DNA of 64,000 nt from Paecilomyces variotii (lineage: Eukaryota). Where the stretch lies: the NCBI GenBank assembly GCA_004022145.1, contig RCNU01000015.1. One strand, given 5' to 3'. The notes under the pieces were generated by a model. That model worked only from the letters and a program-made list of their open reading frames with translations. It had not been told where the DNA came from and did no database searches. Shown here piece by piece: positions 25,354 through 37,810 of this stretch. Each line of letters starts with the position of its first letter. The stretch's first letter is position 1. The position numbers were made by a program, and so were the translations under genes.

Positions 25354-26344
25354 CTATGGAGCAGAGCAAACTCCCGCATGCACAGAAGGCGGGTTACTGG
25401 TAGCATCTCCCCAATTCGCACTTCCCAGAGCCTGGCCAGCTTGTGTCGAGTCGTCTGATCGAATCTGCCACAGGCATATTAGTACTTCGTTGAATGTATT
25501 CCGTGAGATATCTTCTTACGTAGTATGTCTTGTCGACATAATACCACCAGTCGTCACTACGGAAAGCGTTGTCGGTTGACTGGCTGACAGGATCATTCCA
25601 GCCGGTGTTGCGAGTATCGAAGTTCGCATGCTTCGACCAAGACACATAGACCTTTGGGTGATCATTGTTCTGAACGCCATTAGGATCCTTGGCATCGCCT
25701 TGTTGAATCTGCTGTGTTGTAAGTGTATTCTGAATATTGCCCCATGCCAAATCGTGGTAGCCACTGTGAGAAGAAAGGAGAGCACGAGATGGCGCCCACA
25801 TATTGTTGCTGTTCTTAGAATGGATGATGATCACTCGTTCCCAGTCACTGTGGGAAATTTGCTGTCAGATGCAGGTACTAATAGGGAGTATTGATCCTTT
25901 TCCTTACTAGTTGTGACCCGTCGCGATAGCACCAAACTGCGCTCCATCCTTCTGGTAAAATAGGTTGTAGACAACTCGAATATCACTGTCATTACACTTT
26001 TGATACGTGTAGTAGATGGGAAAGGCTGGACCGGGATTGCCAATGCCAACCCCCGGGTTGCGGCAATAGCATCCCACATTGGGGTACTCGCACTGCGGTG
26101 CGGCGGGAGTTTGATGAGAGGAATCGTAGATATCAGATGAGTTAGGAGATCCTCCGAAAGCCCAAGTAGGATAGCATGGCGGCTGGTTCTGAGCCTGGCC
26201 AAAGAACCACAGGGGAGCGTATCGATCAGCGAGATCCACGCCGCCCGCATCGAGAAGACCATTCATATCACTATCGCTGATCTGGGTGACCGCCAGAGCC
26301 CTTACGGCCAGACCGACCACGGCGAGAGAGGTTCTGAACAGCAT
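25354..26344 (-). CDS. Secreted NPP1/NLP-like protein (probably type 3), 3 exons
   Basis: Signal peptide, YNLFYQKDG, heptapeptide GHNYDWE formed across an intron (canonical GHRHDWE), SSHSGY and HPKVYVSWSKHANF; several Cys. Confidence 0.78.
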
Positions 26345-27207
26345 GATGACCTGGCTGAACTACTATAACTCAGTCTCCAGTTGTGGTCTCCAAGGATATT
26401 CTCCGCTGCACATCCAATCTTCCATCTTTGGGATTTTAATTGCTTTAAAAACATCTAGATACTGGCCGTACCTTCCTGAATGGAGAAGGGTTAAGGTGCG
26501 CAGTAGCATCGTGACATCGCGTCGGCTTATCCGGCAGTAAGATCAACCCCTTCTGGGGAAAGATGGACTTTGCTGATTCCTGGAGAGGCGTCTCTAGCGG
26601 CGATTACAACCCCGAATGTCTGTTCAATTGTAACCACGGCTGGAATATGTAACAAGCGTGATGCAGACCCCAAGAACAGTCAAATAGCGGAATTAACTAG
26701 CTGAAAGTAGTAGAGTCTCCGCCCCCAAGAGGATCTTTTAGAACGATGGGACGTTCAGTTTATGCTGTTGCCAAGGACGTGCAGAAGCCCTCTGCAAAAA
26801 TGACCAAGGGTCGGACAATCAGTTTACTCCTGTTAGGTGATCGATTATCGGATACGACAGGGTACATGGCGAATCTCCCCGCCAACCGATCGTACCACGT
26901 GCAACAAAAAATGACACTTGAATTGCTCCAAGGCGAACTATTTTCATACCGAACCTACTTCATCAACTGCTCCTTCGAGTGATGGGTTCGAGTTCTGGAT
27001 GATATAATAGAAGATGAAGATCTCGATCATAAAATGTCTATCTGTACATGAGCGTATATGGTACAGATGCCTTTTTTTCCCCTGCCGTGTTATCTCAGTA
27101 CAAAATATTCCTAATTATACACAAAACCAATGTTAATGGAGTGCACCCGGATTGTCATCGGCGCCACAGCGTAAATAATCTCAACCAAACACATTTAATC
27201 TTCTCTT

Positions 27208-28152
27208 TTATAGTTTGTGGCCCGCATCGTCTAGGAGCTCACTTTCGTTATCCAACCCTGACCATTTTGGCTTCCCATCTGGGATCTCGACTATACGCTT
27301 ACTGTAGAAGATGTGGCAACTGGGGACCCTGTTAGCTCTGCGAACCTGACGCATCGTAGCCGCGGACAAGCAACTACTTACTTAACCTCGAATACCTCTC
27401 TCCGTTCTCTTTGCTCCTCATCTGTGTGTCCGAAATCGATCAACTCGGGGAAAATCAAGACGACCTTGCGGCCTTCGTCCATGATTGGTGTTCGACACCA
27501 GGCGCAAGAAACCTTTGTCGGGGTCTGGTAGTCGCGGCTCTTCTCACCAGAGGCATAGAAAGATAACCCCCGGGAGCCATTCTTGAACATCATGTCCTCC
27601 TTGTGGAAAATGGCAGCCCATTGAAAGGGAGCGCCTGTGTCGACTGGTCAGTCTGCTTCACCCATCATGGCAATGCTTGAATGAGTAAAACGAACCATGC
27701 ATAACCTGGCATCCTCTGCAATGACAGAACTTCGCCGCGAGTGGCTTATCCCTGTTCAGCATATAGGTGACTTGTCCGCACTGGCAGCTACCTCGCCATT
27801 TCACCTCGCCAAATTCCTTCATCGACCGGAGCGCATAAGGTGGACGGTGTTTCCATTCTTCCTTGCCATCAAACGGCTCTTCTGAGACTGTGTTTGTGAC
27901 TGCAGGCTTTGGGAGCACGCCCGGGTCCATGGATGTAGGAGCGTCCTCGGCCATCCTCGCCAAAGTCGTGTGAAGCTGCTGAACGCGCGGAAGGACAAAA
28001 GAGTCGCGGACCGTTTGATCGACAGGTTTACTATCAGCGGAGTATAGAAGCGGTCGTGTGAAAGAGGCTGTAGGTATCGTGGTTCTCAGACAATCTGTAG
28101 CGCGACACGATACGGTCAGGCGGCGGGCTACAGGAATGAACCGAAAAGACAT
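27208..28152 (-). CDS. GFA/CENP-V (Mss4-like) zinc protein, 3 exons, with Arg-rich presequence
   Basis: GSCQCGQVTY, KFCHCRGCQVMHG|APFQWAAIF, CAWCRTPIMDEGR and CHIFYSKRIVEIPDGKPKW. Confidence 0.85.
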
Positions 28153-28744
28153 CAAGAAAGCGAGTAAGATAACCCGACCACATCTCGCATATAAGGGGAC
28201 AGTGGTTACTTATTTGAAATCGAACCGTGGTCTGTACTCCCGACCTGATGCAATGTGACCGATCTTGGAATTGGCTTTGGCAGTTCGTAACTTTGATAAA
28301 TGATGTCATAGCGATGTATACGGTGGAGTGAGCGAGACAAGAATACGAAGAGAACTGCCACGGCTCATCCTGCAAAAACAGGAACACAACACGTGGGACT
28401 CATGCCTTCATGGTCAAATTAAAAGTTGAGAGGCTCAATTGAGGTGGACAAGATGCGGCCATAGCCATGGCCCTCGGTTACAGCCGCAAAGGGGAGTGAA
28501 CCCCATTCTGGTGGAGTACAATGATGAAAAGCAGGCAGATGCAAAAATGCACTTGGGGTCGATCACGTCTAGATCTTCTCGCAGAGGATGACGGTAAGAT
28601 CGATGATGCTCAGGTCAATGCGTTGGATGACTTGCTGATAGTAGGAACACATATAGGAGAATCAAAAGACTTGGTGGAGAAAATCCAGTCCAGGTAGATT
28701 CATCGTATGAAAACATGAGAGTCGTTAAGGACCAGGCTTCCTAT

Positions 28745-29647
28745 CTACAAAGCCACTTTTGTTAACCAACTCCCAAGTTCCATCGCAAGTCGCTCAGGCT
28801 GGTCAAACATAATCAGATGCCCCGCCTCTTCTACCAAAATAACCTCCCTTGCACCGATTAACTTGCCAAGTTTCACTGCATAATCGGATGGAATCCATCT
28901 GTCTTCCTTTCCCCAAATGACCTTGACTGGAATAGCCTTGCCAACCTCTGCATATCGGCCTTCGACATCCTCTGCGTACCGCTGGTCAGCTTGTAATAGC
29001 TGTCGGATAAATGCCTCTTGACCCTGACTTCCCCCCGCAGTCCACGGTTCCAGGAGCCTATCTATCATATTCCCTGGAAGAGGCTTGAATGACGCATCTT
29101 TTATATATCCGAGAACGATGCCTTGAAAGATGGTGTCCGGAATCGAACTGAAGACGGACTTATTCTCAGCAACTAGCCGGAAAAATGGACATCCAAATGG
29201 ACCAACAGCGACGACATCGATAAGACAGAGGCTTGCATATTGACAACCATAAAGGATGTTCGCACGAAGCGTCATGAGACCGGCATTGTCATGAGCGATG
29301 ATGTGAGGAACGTGGTCTGGTTTGAAATTCCATGACCTGTATAGAGCGGCGAACGCCTCCGCCTGACCAGTAAGAGATCCATCAAGGTCAGTCTCGGTAT
29401 CTGTGGGAGCCAGGCGCTTACGGTCTGGCGATAGACCGAACCCGGGCCTGTCGAAGAGATAGACCTTGTAGTGTAAGGAAAGCGCCTTCGCATAAGCCTC
29501 CCAGACTATAGAGGACCAAGGTGTTCCATGGACAAAAACCACTGGTGGTCCGCTATCAGGGCCTAGAGATGTCCAGCTGATAGAGTATTCGTAGGCATCA
29601 CTTCTGTGAGTGAAGTGTTCAGTCAAAGGGATCGGCTCAGGCGTCAT
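28745..29647 (-). CDS. Intronless alpha/beta hydrolase (epoxide hydrolase/dehalogenase-like, Asp at the nucleophile elbow)
   Basis: VVFVHGTPWSS, DRPGFGLS, IIAHDNAG, VIWGKEDRWIP and AGHLIMFDQPE. Confidence 0.85.
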   Translation of the reverse strand: MTPEPIPLTEHFTHRSDAYEYSISWTSLGPDSGPPVVFVHGTPWSSIVWEAYAKALSLHYKVYLFDRPGFGLSPDRKRLAPTDTETDLDGSLTGQAEAFAALYRSWNFKPDHVPHIIAHDNAGLMTLRANILYGCQYASLCLIDVVAVGPFGCPFFRLVAENKSVFSSIPDTIFQGIVLGYIKDASFKPLPGNMIDRLLEPWTAGGSQGQEAFIRQLLQADQRYAEDVEGRYAEVGKAIPVKVIWGKEDRWIPSDYAVKLGKLIGAREVILVEEAGHLIMFDQPERLAMELGSWLTKVAL

Positions 29648-30025
29648 CGTTTGATGTATGGAGTTCTGCGGTCGCAAATCGTCTTCTTTCTTTTTTATTG
29701 CGAAATACCCCTATACGGCTCCCTTCAAATCACTTATAATTTGCTGGGTATGAAGAATATAACTTCATGGAGCCTAGGCGAACCTCTTAAGAAACCTAAG
29801 ACGGCGTCTGGGGGTTTTGCGAAGAATACGGTAATATTACTAGTTAGTACATATCTCTCATCTCTTCCTATCAAGTCACTTTAATGAGTAAGTAAGAAGG
29901 CGGCTCTCACACTTTGACTCGTTGATGCGCAATTTAGCGGCGTCGAACCCTCTTTATAGGCCACGTAAACCCTTTTTCAAGGGTGACTGAAATACATCTT
30001 TACAAATCAATGGGTTAATAAGCCA

Positions 30026-30053
30026 CCTAGTTAACTAGTTAGTTAGTTAGTTA
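30026..30053. repeat. Mixed NNTA tetramer array (CCTA GTTA ACTA GTTA GTTA GTTA GTTA)
   Basis: Seven in-phase units, read directly. Confidence 0.85.
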
Positions 30054-30745
30054 TCTCAAGGCGCTGAAAAATCAAAATCTCCGTGACATTAGTTAGGTAC
30101 TGCAGTCCTATTCAAAAGAGGCATGTTGATCTCCTTGGCTTGAAATTCAAGCTGGACTACGTGTTTCAGGATCAACGCATTAGCAGCCGATGCCAACTGA
30201 TTATTCTATTATGAGCCTAACTGGCAACACGTTCATGCAGGCGCTTAGTCCTGCTGGGAGTTCAGGTAAAAGCCAACGGCGTTGTGCTAAATAACGCGGG
30301 GCGACGAAGCTGAAACCGCAAGTACGAGACTTTGAGGTCCTGCCTGTGACTCAACTAGTATATTTTTAGCGGACTACAAGCTTCCCGAGTCCGTTACAAT
30401 ATTTTTCAATTGCACTCATTTATTTCTCGTTGCCGTCTTGCTACTTAACCGCTGGGGCCTATTGTTCACCACGTGATAGTTTCAAATACTCCTCACGACT
30501 GGCCAGCAGTTGCAGTGTCGAAGCGCCGAAGCATCGGAGGAGGGAGAAGGAGGCCCACGGAGCTGTCCAATGACTGGAACTGTCTTCAGGTATAAAAACA
30601 GGTTAATATGCCTTCCTATATCTCAGGCACAATCATGCCAACTCGACAAACTCTTTAGCGCTGCCTTCCCGTCGGTTGTCCCTTTCCGTGATGCTAGCCC
30701 CTCAAATACTTGTCCCTGGGTTATCAGGTTCCCACTGATTCAGAC

Positions 30746-31954
30746 ATGTTCTTTGCAAGAATATCACCGTCCCAAGTCCCCTATCTTGGACAGCGGATTT
30801 CGCAACGATACCTGATGTCCCCCACGTCGCAGTTCAGCAAGGAGCCTCTCACCCTGGGCACGATGCTGAGGAGTGACTCCGGGCGGACCTATAAGATTGA
30901 AGAAGTCCTTGCTGACCGGAGAAAGCCACTGCTATGTGTATACCGTGCCAGGTGCATTAATCTTGAGATGATATGATTTTCTTGCTAACTGCGGACAGCG
31001 CCGACGGGAAGGATTACATTGCGAAGAACATGATCCAAGGCGAGTTCGAGTACCAACTGAACTTGCAGAGATCGCTGTCTACTTGCCCAAACGTGCGAGG
31101 AGTGATCGATACCGTCCAAGAGCACGAGGTTTTTATCTACCCCTTCTTGTCTGGAAACTTGCTACGTTTGAGCCAGAAAAACTTATCCGAAGAGACAAGA
31201 AGGCACGTTCTCCGAAGTGCTTTACGTGGCCTTGCCGATATGCATGATAGGGATGTCCTGCATAATGGGAAGTCTGGTGTTCCAGATGATTGCCCTTATC
31301 ATAGTACTAACTGTTAATAGACATCAAGCCCGACAATATCCTTGTAGATTATGAGGAAAGTGCTGAAGGTGGAGTAATCATCAAAGATGTGCAAATCTCA
31401 GATCTCGAGGATACCGTCATCGTACCACCAGGGAAGTGGCTGAGAGGTCCACTTTGTGGCAATGCGATATGGAGGAGCGCTGAGAGTTGGTGCCGATCTC
31501 GCCAAAATCAGGCCTCAGATGTGTTTTCTTTTGGGATTGTGGTATGACTGCCCTTAATATCACTTTGCTGTTCTAGACTGCTAATGCTCTCTTTGAGATG
31601 ATATATGTGATGCTCAATGAAATGGTCTTCCGCGTTAGTGACGACCAGCTGAAATCGGCGGACTCGTGGCGCTATATACTCCGTCGACATATATCTTACT
31701 TCGCAGATGAAGACGGCTTGAATGGGTTCCTCGAACATATAGGAGAAGAAAACCCCTTCTACAAGCGCTTAATAGACCTCGCCGATAGCTTTGGTCCAGG
31801 GAATCCCAGGCAGCCTTTTCAGCGTTGGGGCTATGTAGAACCAGAGCTGAGGGACCTGGTGGGCAAGATGACAAATCTAGACCCAACAAAGAGGATAAAT
31901 GCGAGAGAAGCACTTCAGCACCGGTGGTTCAGACAAACTACCTACCTAGGGTAG
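30746..31954 (+). CDS. Fungal accessory Ser/Thr protein kinase-like gene (4 exons), possibly inactivated
   Basis: YIAK, LHN|DIKPDNIL, DLED in place of DFG, WRSAESW, SDVFSFG, DPTKRINAREALQHRWF. The intron 2 donor reads GGAAGT rather than GTAAGT. Confidence 0.75.
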
Positions 31955-31961
31955 GTAGTTA
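31936..31961. repeat. NNTA array forming an 11-bp inverted repeat over the kinase stop codon
   Basis: AACTACCTACC-TAG-GGTAGGTAGTT; units ACTA CCTA CCTA GGGTA GGTA GTTA. Confidence 0.8.
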
Positions 31962-33036
31962 ATAATCAGAGTCTAAAGATTTTAAGGAAGATACGAGGAA
32001 TGAAAGGAAAGAGCGCCCGATCCGTTCGGAGTACTAGATGAATATTGCGAAATTGTATAGAAACAGGCATGGTGTACAGTAGGAGATCTGACAATTCGTA
32101 TTAATAGATATAATCATAAAAGCCTCGACAGTAAAGATGGGGATATACTTAGAGATGAAACGTAAATGGATAGAAAAAGGTCTCTACAGGCGTGAGTACT
32201 ACGGAAAAGGGACAGTAATTACTGGCGATAGCATTAGTAAAACACAAGCTTAGTAAATTTTTTTTTTTTTTTTAGATATATCGGTTCTAAACACCTAGAG
32301 ATCAGGATGTAGGTAGCAGTAAAGCCAGGGAAGAGACAAGAGTAAGGGCTGAGCCGCAGAAGACGATTTTATTCGTACTAAGTATCCGCGAGATAGAGAG
32401 AGAGTCCCTGCCTGACTGAAGGAAGGTTAGCCCTATTATTAAATACATAGGCAATACTCTAGATAAGTGTTGGAGCAGCTACTTGAGTATTGAAGATATC
32501 CGCCTGCCCCAGCAAACTGCGTGAGCGATGGGAGCCTACACACAATTGGACCCAGAATGTGATCTCCATCTCCACATCGGCAGCGAAACGAACGCCACCA
32601 AGGGGTGAAACATCCTAACAGCAAGCAGATGGCAAACATGCTTCTTGGCGGATCAGATCGCCAGTGATAGATTCGCTCCTACTTACGCGCCGCCAAGTCT
32701 GACCGCGAGGAAAAGCAATCGGGGCTCAAATGCCGTTTGACAAGCGAGGCGCCCTCTGAAAGATCCTGTGCTCTCCCAGGGGTATCTGAGAGCACGATAA
32801 ATATAGCTAGCAATCAAAACGAGATGCGCTGACGCCGTATCTTCATTTGCCGGCCCCAGCAGGAAACAGTCTTGGATAGGGAGTGATCTGTGACTTGGGG
32901 CGGTAGGTATGGTCGCGACCTCTCCGCATCACGGCGGCAGTGAAATACCAGCATCAGCTCCAACTGTCAATCCAAGCTCTTCTATGCATTCCCGCTCAGA
33001 CTGCGGTAGAGCATATTGAGCGCTCTCGTTTTCACT

Positions 33037-34732
33037 ATGAAGTTCCTCAAGCATATTCGCTCGCGGTCGAAGAATCTGAACGGTGCGGGGAAGGATTCTA
33101 AAGATGCGCGACACAGTCCGAAAGCGAGTCACTCTGCTCCACGTTACGGTAATGACTTCACGAAACGTCTTCCACGCGAGGTACTCACTCAGATCTTCGC
33201 GGAGGTTTGTCCGCATTCCCTGGATGACTCCTACAGTTCCTCTGAGGAGTCGATGACGGAGGATGGCTGTATGCTCTGCGATATGCGCGATCTGGCGAAT
33301 TGTGCACTGGCCTGTAAGCGATGGCTATCCTGCGCACAACCATTGCTGTATGTATCCAGCAGAATATCCGTCTATTATCTATCTCAGACTAATAGACCCT
33401 TCTTTCAGGTACCAACACGTCCGCATCGATCCCGTCCACTACTGCGAGCTGGAGGTGGAGCTGGCCGCGAAGCGAAAACGACGCTCGTGGTTTGATCGCA
33501 ACGGAGAGGCCATTGACGCCCCAAAAGTCAGATTGGCGCTCTTCATGAGGACAGTTAGAGAAAACCAGGAATTGGCAAACATGGTTCTATCGCTAAGAAC
33601 CCCATACATGACCAGGGAGGCCAGCAAGGCGGAGCTCGCGCGAACCGTATCAGTGCTCCCTAATCTCCGTTACGTAGATCTTCCGGCTGGGTTATACAGC
33701 GATGAAATATCATCACAGACATTGAAGCAGGAGCTCATGGCTCGGTGTATTGATATCCGAAGGATGAGATATGCACACGGGTCGGAAGGCAGTTTCTCAC
33801 GCATCCCAGGCTCGCGGCTTTGGATGAGTCTTGAAGTCCTCGAATTGTCCAGGCTGCAGGTCGAGCCCAGCACCCTGCGCTGGGTACTCAATTCCTTTCC
33901 CATGCTCCGAGATTTGAAGATAGAAGACTTTCACTGGCTGGACGACACCATTTTTGCTTCTGCGCCTTCCGTGCCATTATTTCCGCCGGTCCAACGACTG
34001 ACTCTTGAGCACATCCCCAATGTCACGGCAAGCGGGTTTGCCACTTATCTCTCGATGCCCCAGAATCGCGAGGCTCTAACGCATCTCACGGTGTCTAGCA
34101 CTGGCATACTTCCCCAGTCCTTGCATGTCATCCTTTCCGCAGCACCCTACCTCCGGACGCTCTCCATCATCCAGGAAATGTCACGTCCTTTTCCAATGGA
34201 AGATATACCGCCTCTTTCGTCAAAGTCTTTACGTCTGCTGCACTATGAGGTCACATATGCAGGCTGTGTATCAGGCCATTCTTCGACTGCTACCTCCTAC
34301 TACACATATCTGATATCTTCTCTGATGTCGAGCTCTCTCCCTGCTCTCAGAGACCTATATGTCCGAGATGCAGATTTTCCTGACACGCTGCTGTTATCTC
34401 CTCCCCCGCGGCTCCTTGGCGGTGGAGAGAATGGCCCTCAAATGTTCAGCATGGGTCTGAACCAGCCGCTCAACATCTACAGCAAAGGCATGGATGAACT
34501 CGAATGGAACTTCACTCCCTACGAACCTCCTTCCACACGTGGGAGACGCGATAGCACTACTCGACCGGTGAGCTTCCATGGAGCCCAACTGAGCCCCTCC
34601 TGGGGTGGTCAGGCGCGGAGAAGCGTCCTTGTCGGAAACGGCTTCGGCGGATATCTAGCTGTTCCTGTTGATGATGGACGGCCCAAGAGCAGCGGCGGGT
34701 TAAAAAATGAGAAGCAAGATCTGTGGCGGTGA
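33037..34732 (+). CDS. F-box / leucine-rich-repeat-like protein (2 exons)
   Basis: RLPREVLTQIF...DLANCALACKRW...AQPLL|YQHVRI followed by LRR-like repeats (LPNLRYVDL, LEVLEL, LRDLKI); intron at about 33348-33408. Confidence 0.82.
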
Positions 34733-35423
34733 AAGAACTACATACTCTGACACAGCAGCTCAGCCACTGGTTTCTGCTAGCCTTACCTGGGTCCATCGCC
34801 GAGATGAGAAATAGGTAGGATGAGACATATGGTTTATGAATGTAATGAAGCAGTTATACCCATACCTTTTTTTTTCGGGCAATATTGAGTTGAGCTTTTG
34901 TGATATATTTCTCTCATAGAACCACATTCCGTGACGGTCAATTTTACTATAAATTTTCACTTCAATGAGATTATACCAAAATATAATGTCGGTTCTTATC
35001 AGTATCTGTATCTGTTTCTAGTAAACCCCGACTCCAGCTAGCTGGGCTCGAGTTCTCTAGCAACTAGCTCAGCCTATTTATCTCTTTGTGTGGAGCTAGA
35101 AAGGCATGGGAGAAACCCCACAGGAGGTCTGCCTGTAGGCAGGCTTCGACAAAAGGCTTTGATCGAGGCAAGCCACAGTGATCGGCAGAACCAGTTCAAT
35201 GGGAGCAGTAGATAGTAAATATCTATAGGGAACTCCCATCTAACAATGTTGTTGGTTCTCTTTGTCAGTACAGTGACTGTGGACATTGTCATATTGTTGA
35301 CTCAATGTCAACGTACACTATAAAGAGGAAGCTGTACCTCTCCTTGTTTTCAAATCCTGTTTTGCACTCCGTTGGACTCTTTAGTTTTTATCGGGACCTT
35401 TGATATTGTTTTCTTCTTTTGCA

Positions 35424-36591
35424 ATGCCAGAATTTGCAAACTTCGCCATTTGCTCAGAACATCATCCGCCGTATGGAGGTCACCCAGTGCTTATTCCTCA
35501 TCCTCCCGGGTCATATGAATATACTTTTCTATCTTCTGCTATCTACATTGCAGTGTCTGCACTGATGACTCCAAAAGGCCAGGATGTCCTGACTCAGATT
35601 GCTTTTGACTACGATAACTGCGCCCAACATGGTAGGCTATTCCATGGAAGCCGAAGGGCCGCCCATCGCACAGTGAGACTATTCACGGAGAAGATCATGG
35701 ACAGATTCCCGCTTCTAGTCATAAGTTCAGCGGCAAGTCCAACCGCACTTGGCTTCCATTCCAGGGAGCCGTGGTCTGGACGTTGGGAAGAATTTGATCC
35801 AAGGCAACAGATGGTAGCCATAAGCCCCCGCGTAAGAATTTCTACCCCAACTTCCAATGCATCAGGATCATATAATTAATCCTTCTAAATGGCTTCAGAT
35901 AGTTCGAAACATGATATCTTCTGCGGACAGTCCTAAGCAGTTTCGCCTCTGGATTTTCCAAGTTGCTGTGGTCCTCATGCATGAAGTGGGAGGGCATTTA
36001 ATGGTGACCTTCCTTGGCCATGGACATGTGATAACGCCCAGGATCATGACCATCGCTGGTTTCAACAGTCACGTTCGTCCAGATAACGGGGAATCCGGTC
36101 GGATTCTGGAGACATGGCTCCTGGGCGGGGTCGCTGAATTCCAATCAGATAGGAGACTACGCGACGACCATGTAAGTGAACGGCCAAGACATATATATAT
36201 ATATATAATGGAACCACCATTGCTGAGGACCCGTCCAGCCAGGTAAGCTTTGGTTGATTGCCCCCGGGGCTCATAAGATACGCCGCATTCCGAGCTCAAC
36301 GGTTGATGAGTTTGTCTCGAGGAGTAGGTCTACAATATACTATCTATAGTGATTTCTAGCGCTGACCGTAGATATCAAGGATTTACTTTCCCGTTGAGGA
36401 CCGAGGGTCCAGCAGTCCATATAACCACCCGGGCCGACTTTTATGCCGCTACCCAACATCTTCCAGACCCATATTACTACCCGTGGCTTCATGGAGGGGG
36501 TATGCCCCCAGGTGTTTTTGATGGTCATAGAGTCCGCATATCAGACCTTGTCAGGCTTCCTCTGAGTTCCTTCCGCCCACCACGATTTTAG
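35424..36591 (+). CDS. Hypothetical protein with HEVGGH (HExxH-like) motif, 4 exons
   Basis: VAVVLMHEVGGHLMVTFL...TP...GESGRILETWLLGG; gtaaga, gtaagt and gtaggt donors join the ORF pieces. Confidence 0.6.
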
Positions 36592-37810
36592 CTCTTATTA
36601 TTGCATCTGATAGCATCGAGAGAACCATTTCCTCCTTTTTCACTCTGTTGGTATTATTTTAGGAGATGTTGGGGCAATTTGAATCTTTCCATATGAGTTG
36701 GCTGTTCTGGAATGCATCCTGCCAGTTTAATCGGTATGTTATAATTCCTCTGGTCAAACTTAGAGATATTGGGAATCAGAAAAAAAAAAAGAGTACTTCA
36801 AGAACTTAACTTCCCCTATAAAGTGGTCTTATATGATAACACCTGCGTAAAGCCGCTATAGCGATCACGAATAACTCAAGAATATGTCGACAGCAAGGCG
36901 GTTAGGACCTTTTCCACGAGCGCGAGCGATACCCCGCAATGTGAACTCCGCGTTTCGGGATGTGGAGTCGGCTGATGATGCGGCGGAGGTTCAGTGAGGC
37001 AGTGGATGTAATCGGTTTCCAAACAGCTTTCTTGTAATTGGTTATTTGAGCAGTTGTTCTTTTATGTACATATCGCTTTCTGTTTCTGTTGATCTTTGAT
37101 CTTTCAAAATCATATTTGTTTCACGTGATGTTATTGCTGTAAGTTTACCTAGTTACTGCACTACACACTGCTCCGTGCAGTAATAAGCGAAATCTTCCTA
37201 CCATCTGCAAAGTCGATCTTTCTGGACTGCAGATACCTGGTATAATACGATGTATACTCGCGAATAGTTCTAGATTACCGTGTAGAGTTCCTCTTGAGTT
37301 GAGATGACACATGACCTATATGCAATCTTGGTCTGGCTGTGGAGTCAGCTACAACATGATTCGTGCGGCTTTATCTTTCTCCAACAAATCCAGACGAACG
37401 CTGCAAATTCCCCGCATTTCTAATCTCGGAGCCAAAACTACAAACTCCGTTGCGGATGAAGAATACGGCATATATCCCTAACCAACGATGCTCTAAAACA
37501 CTGAGACACGGCTTTATGTTACTCCAACGGTTCTACATGGCACGCGCTAAATTTCAACTCAATGCGAATCTTACCTTATCTCATTACCGAGTTTTGAAGC
37601 GGCAGCACATCATTCGTCCCGCTTCATAGCTGGCGAGTTCTTCGCGACATGGCACCTCCAATTCGTATATGAAGGCTGGGGGCTCCCAAATTTTGTCTCC
37701 AGTGCAGTTGAAATCAGACATATCATCCTCTCCGTTCCTAACCTGCTTCCTCATCTTGAAAACCACCGTCCTCATTTGCTGTTCACTAGAAAGACGGCAA
37801 TACTATCATC

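Noticed and set aside
26984-26996. GGTTCGA T-loop/B-box-like words (also at 9361 and about 61223)
   Set aside because: No cloverleaf stems or A-box at a suitable distance; not tRNA genes.
28460-28700. Possible gene remnant between the GFA and hydrolase genes
   Set aside because: Only vaguely protein-like; no motif identified.
32257-32450. Poly(T) tract and an AAATACATA-ending stretch resembling a LINE 3' end
   Set aside because: No reverse-transcriptase remnant or target-site duplication seen.
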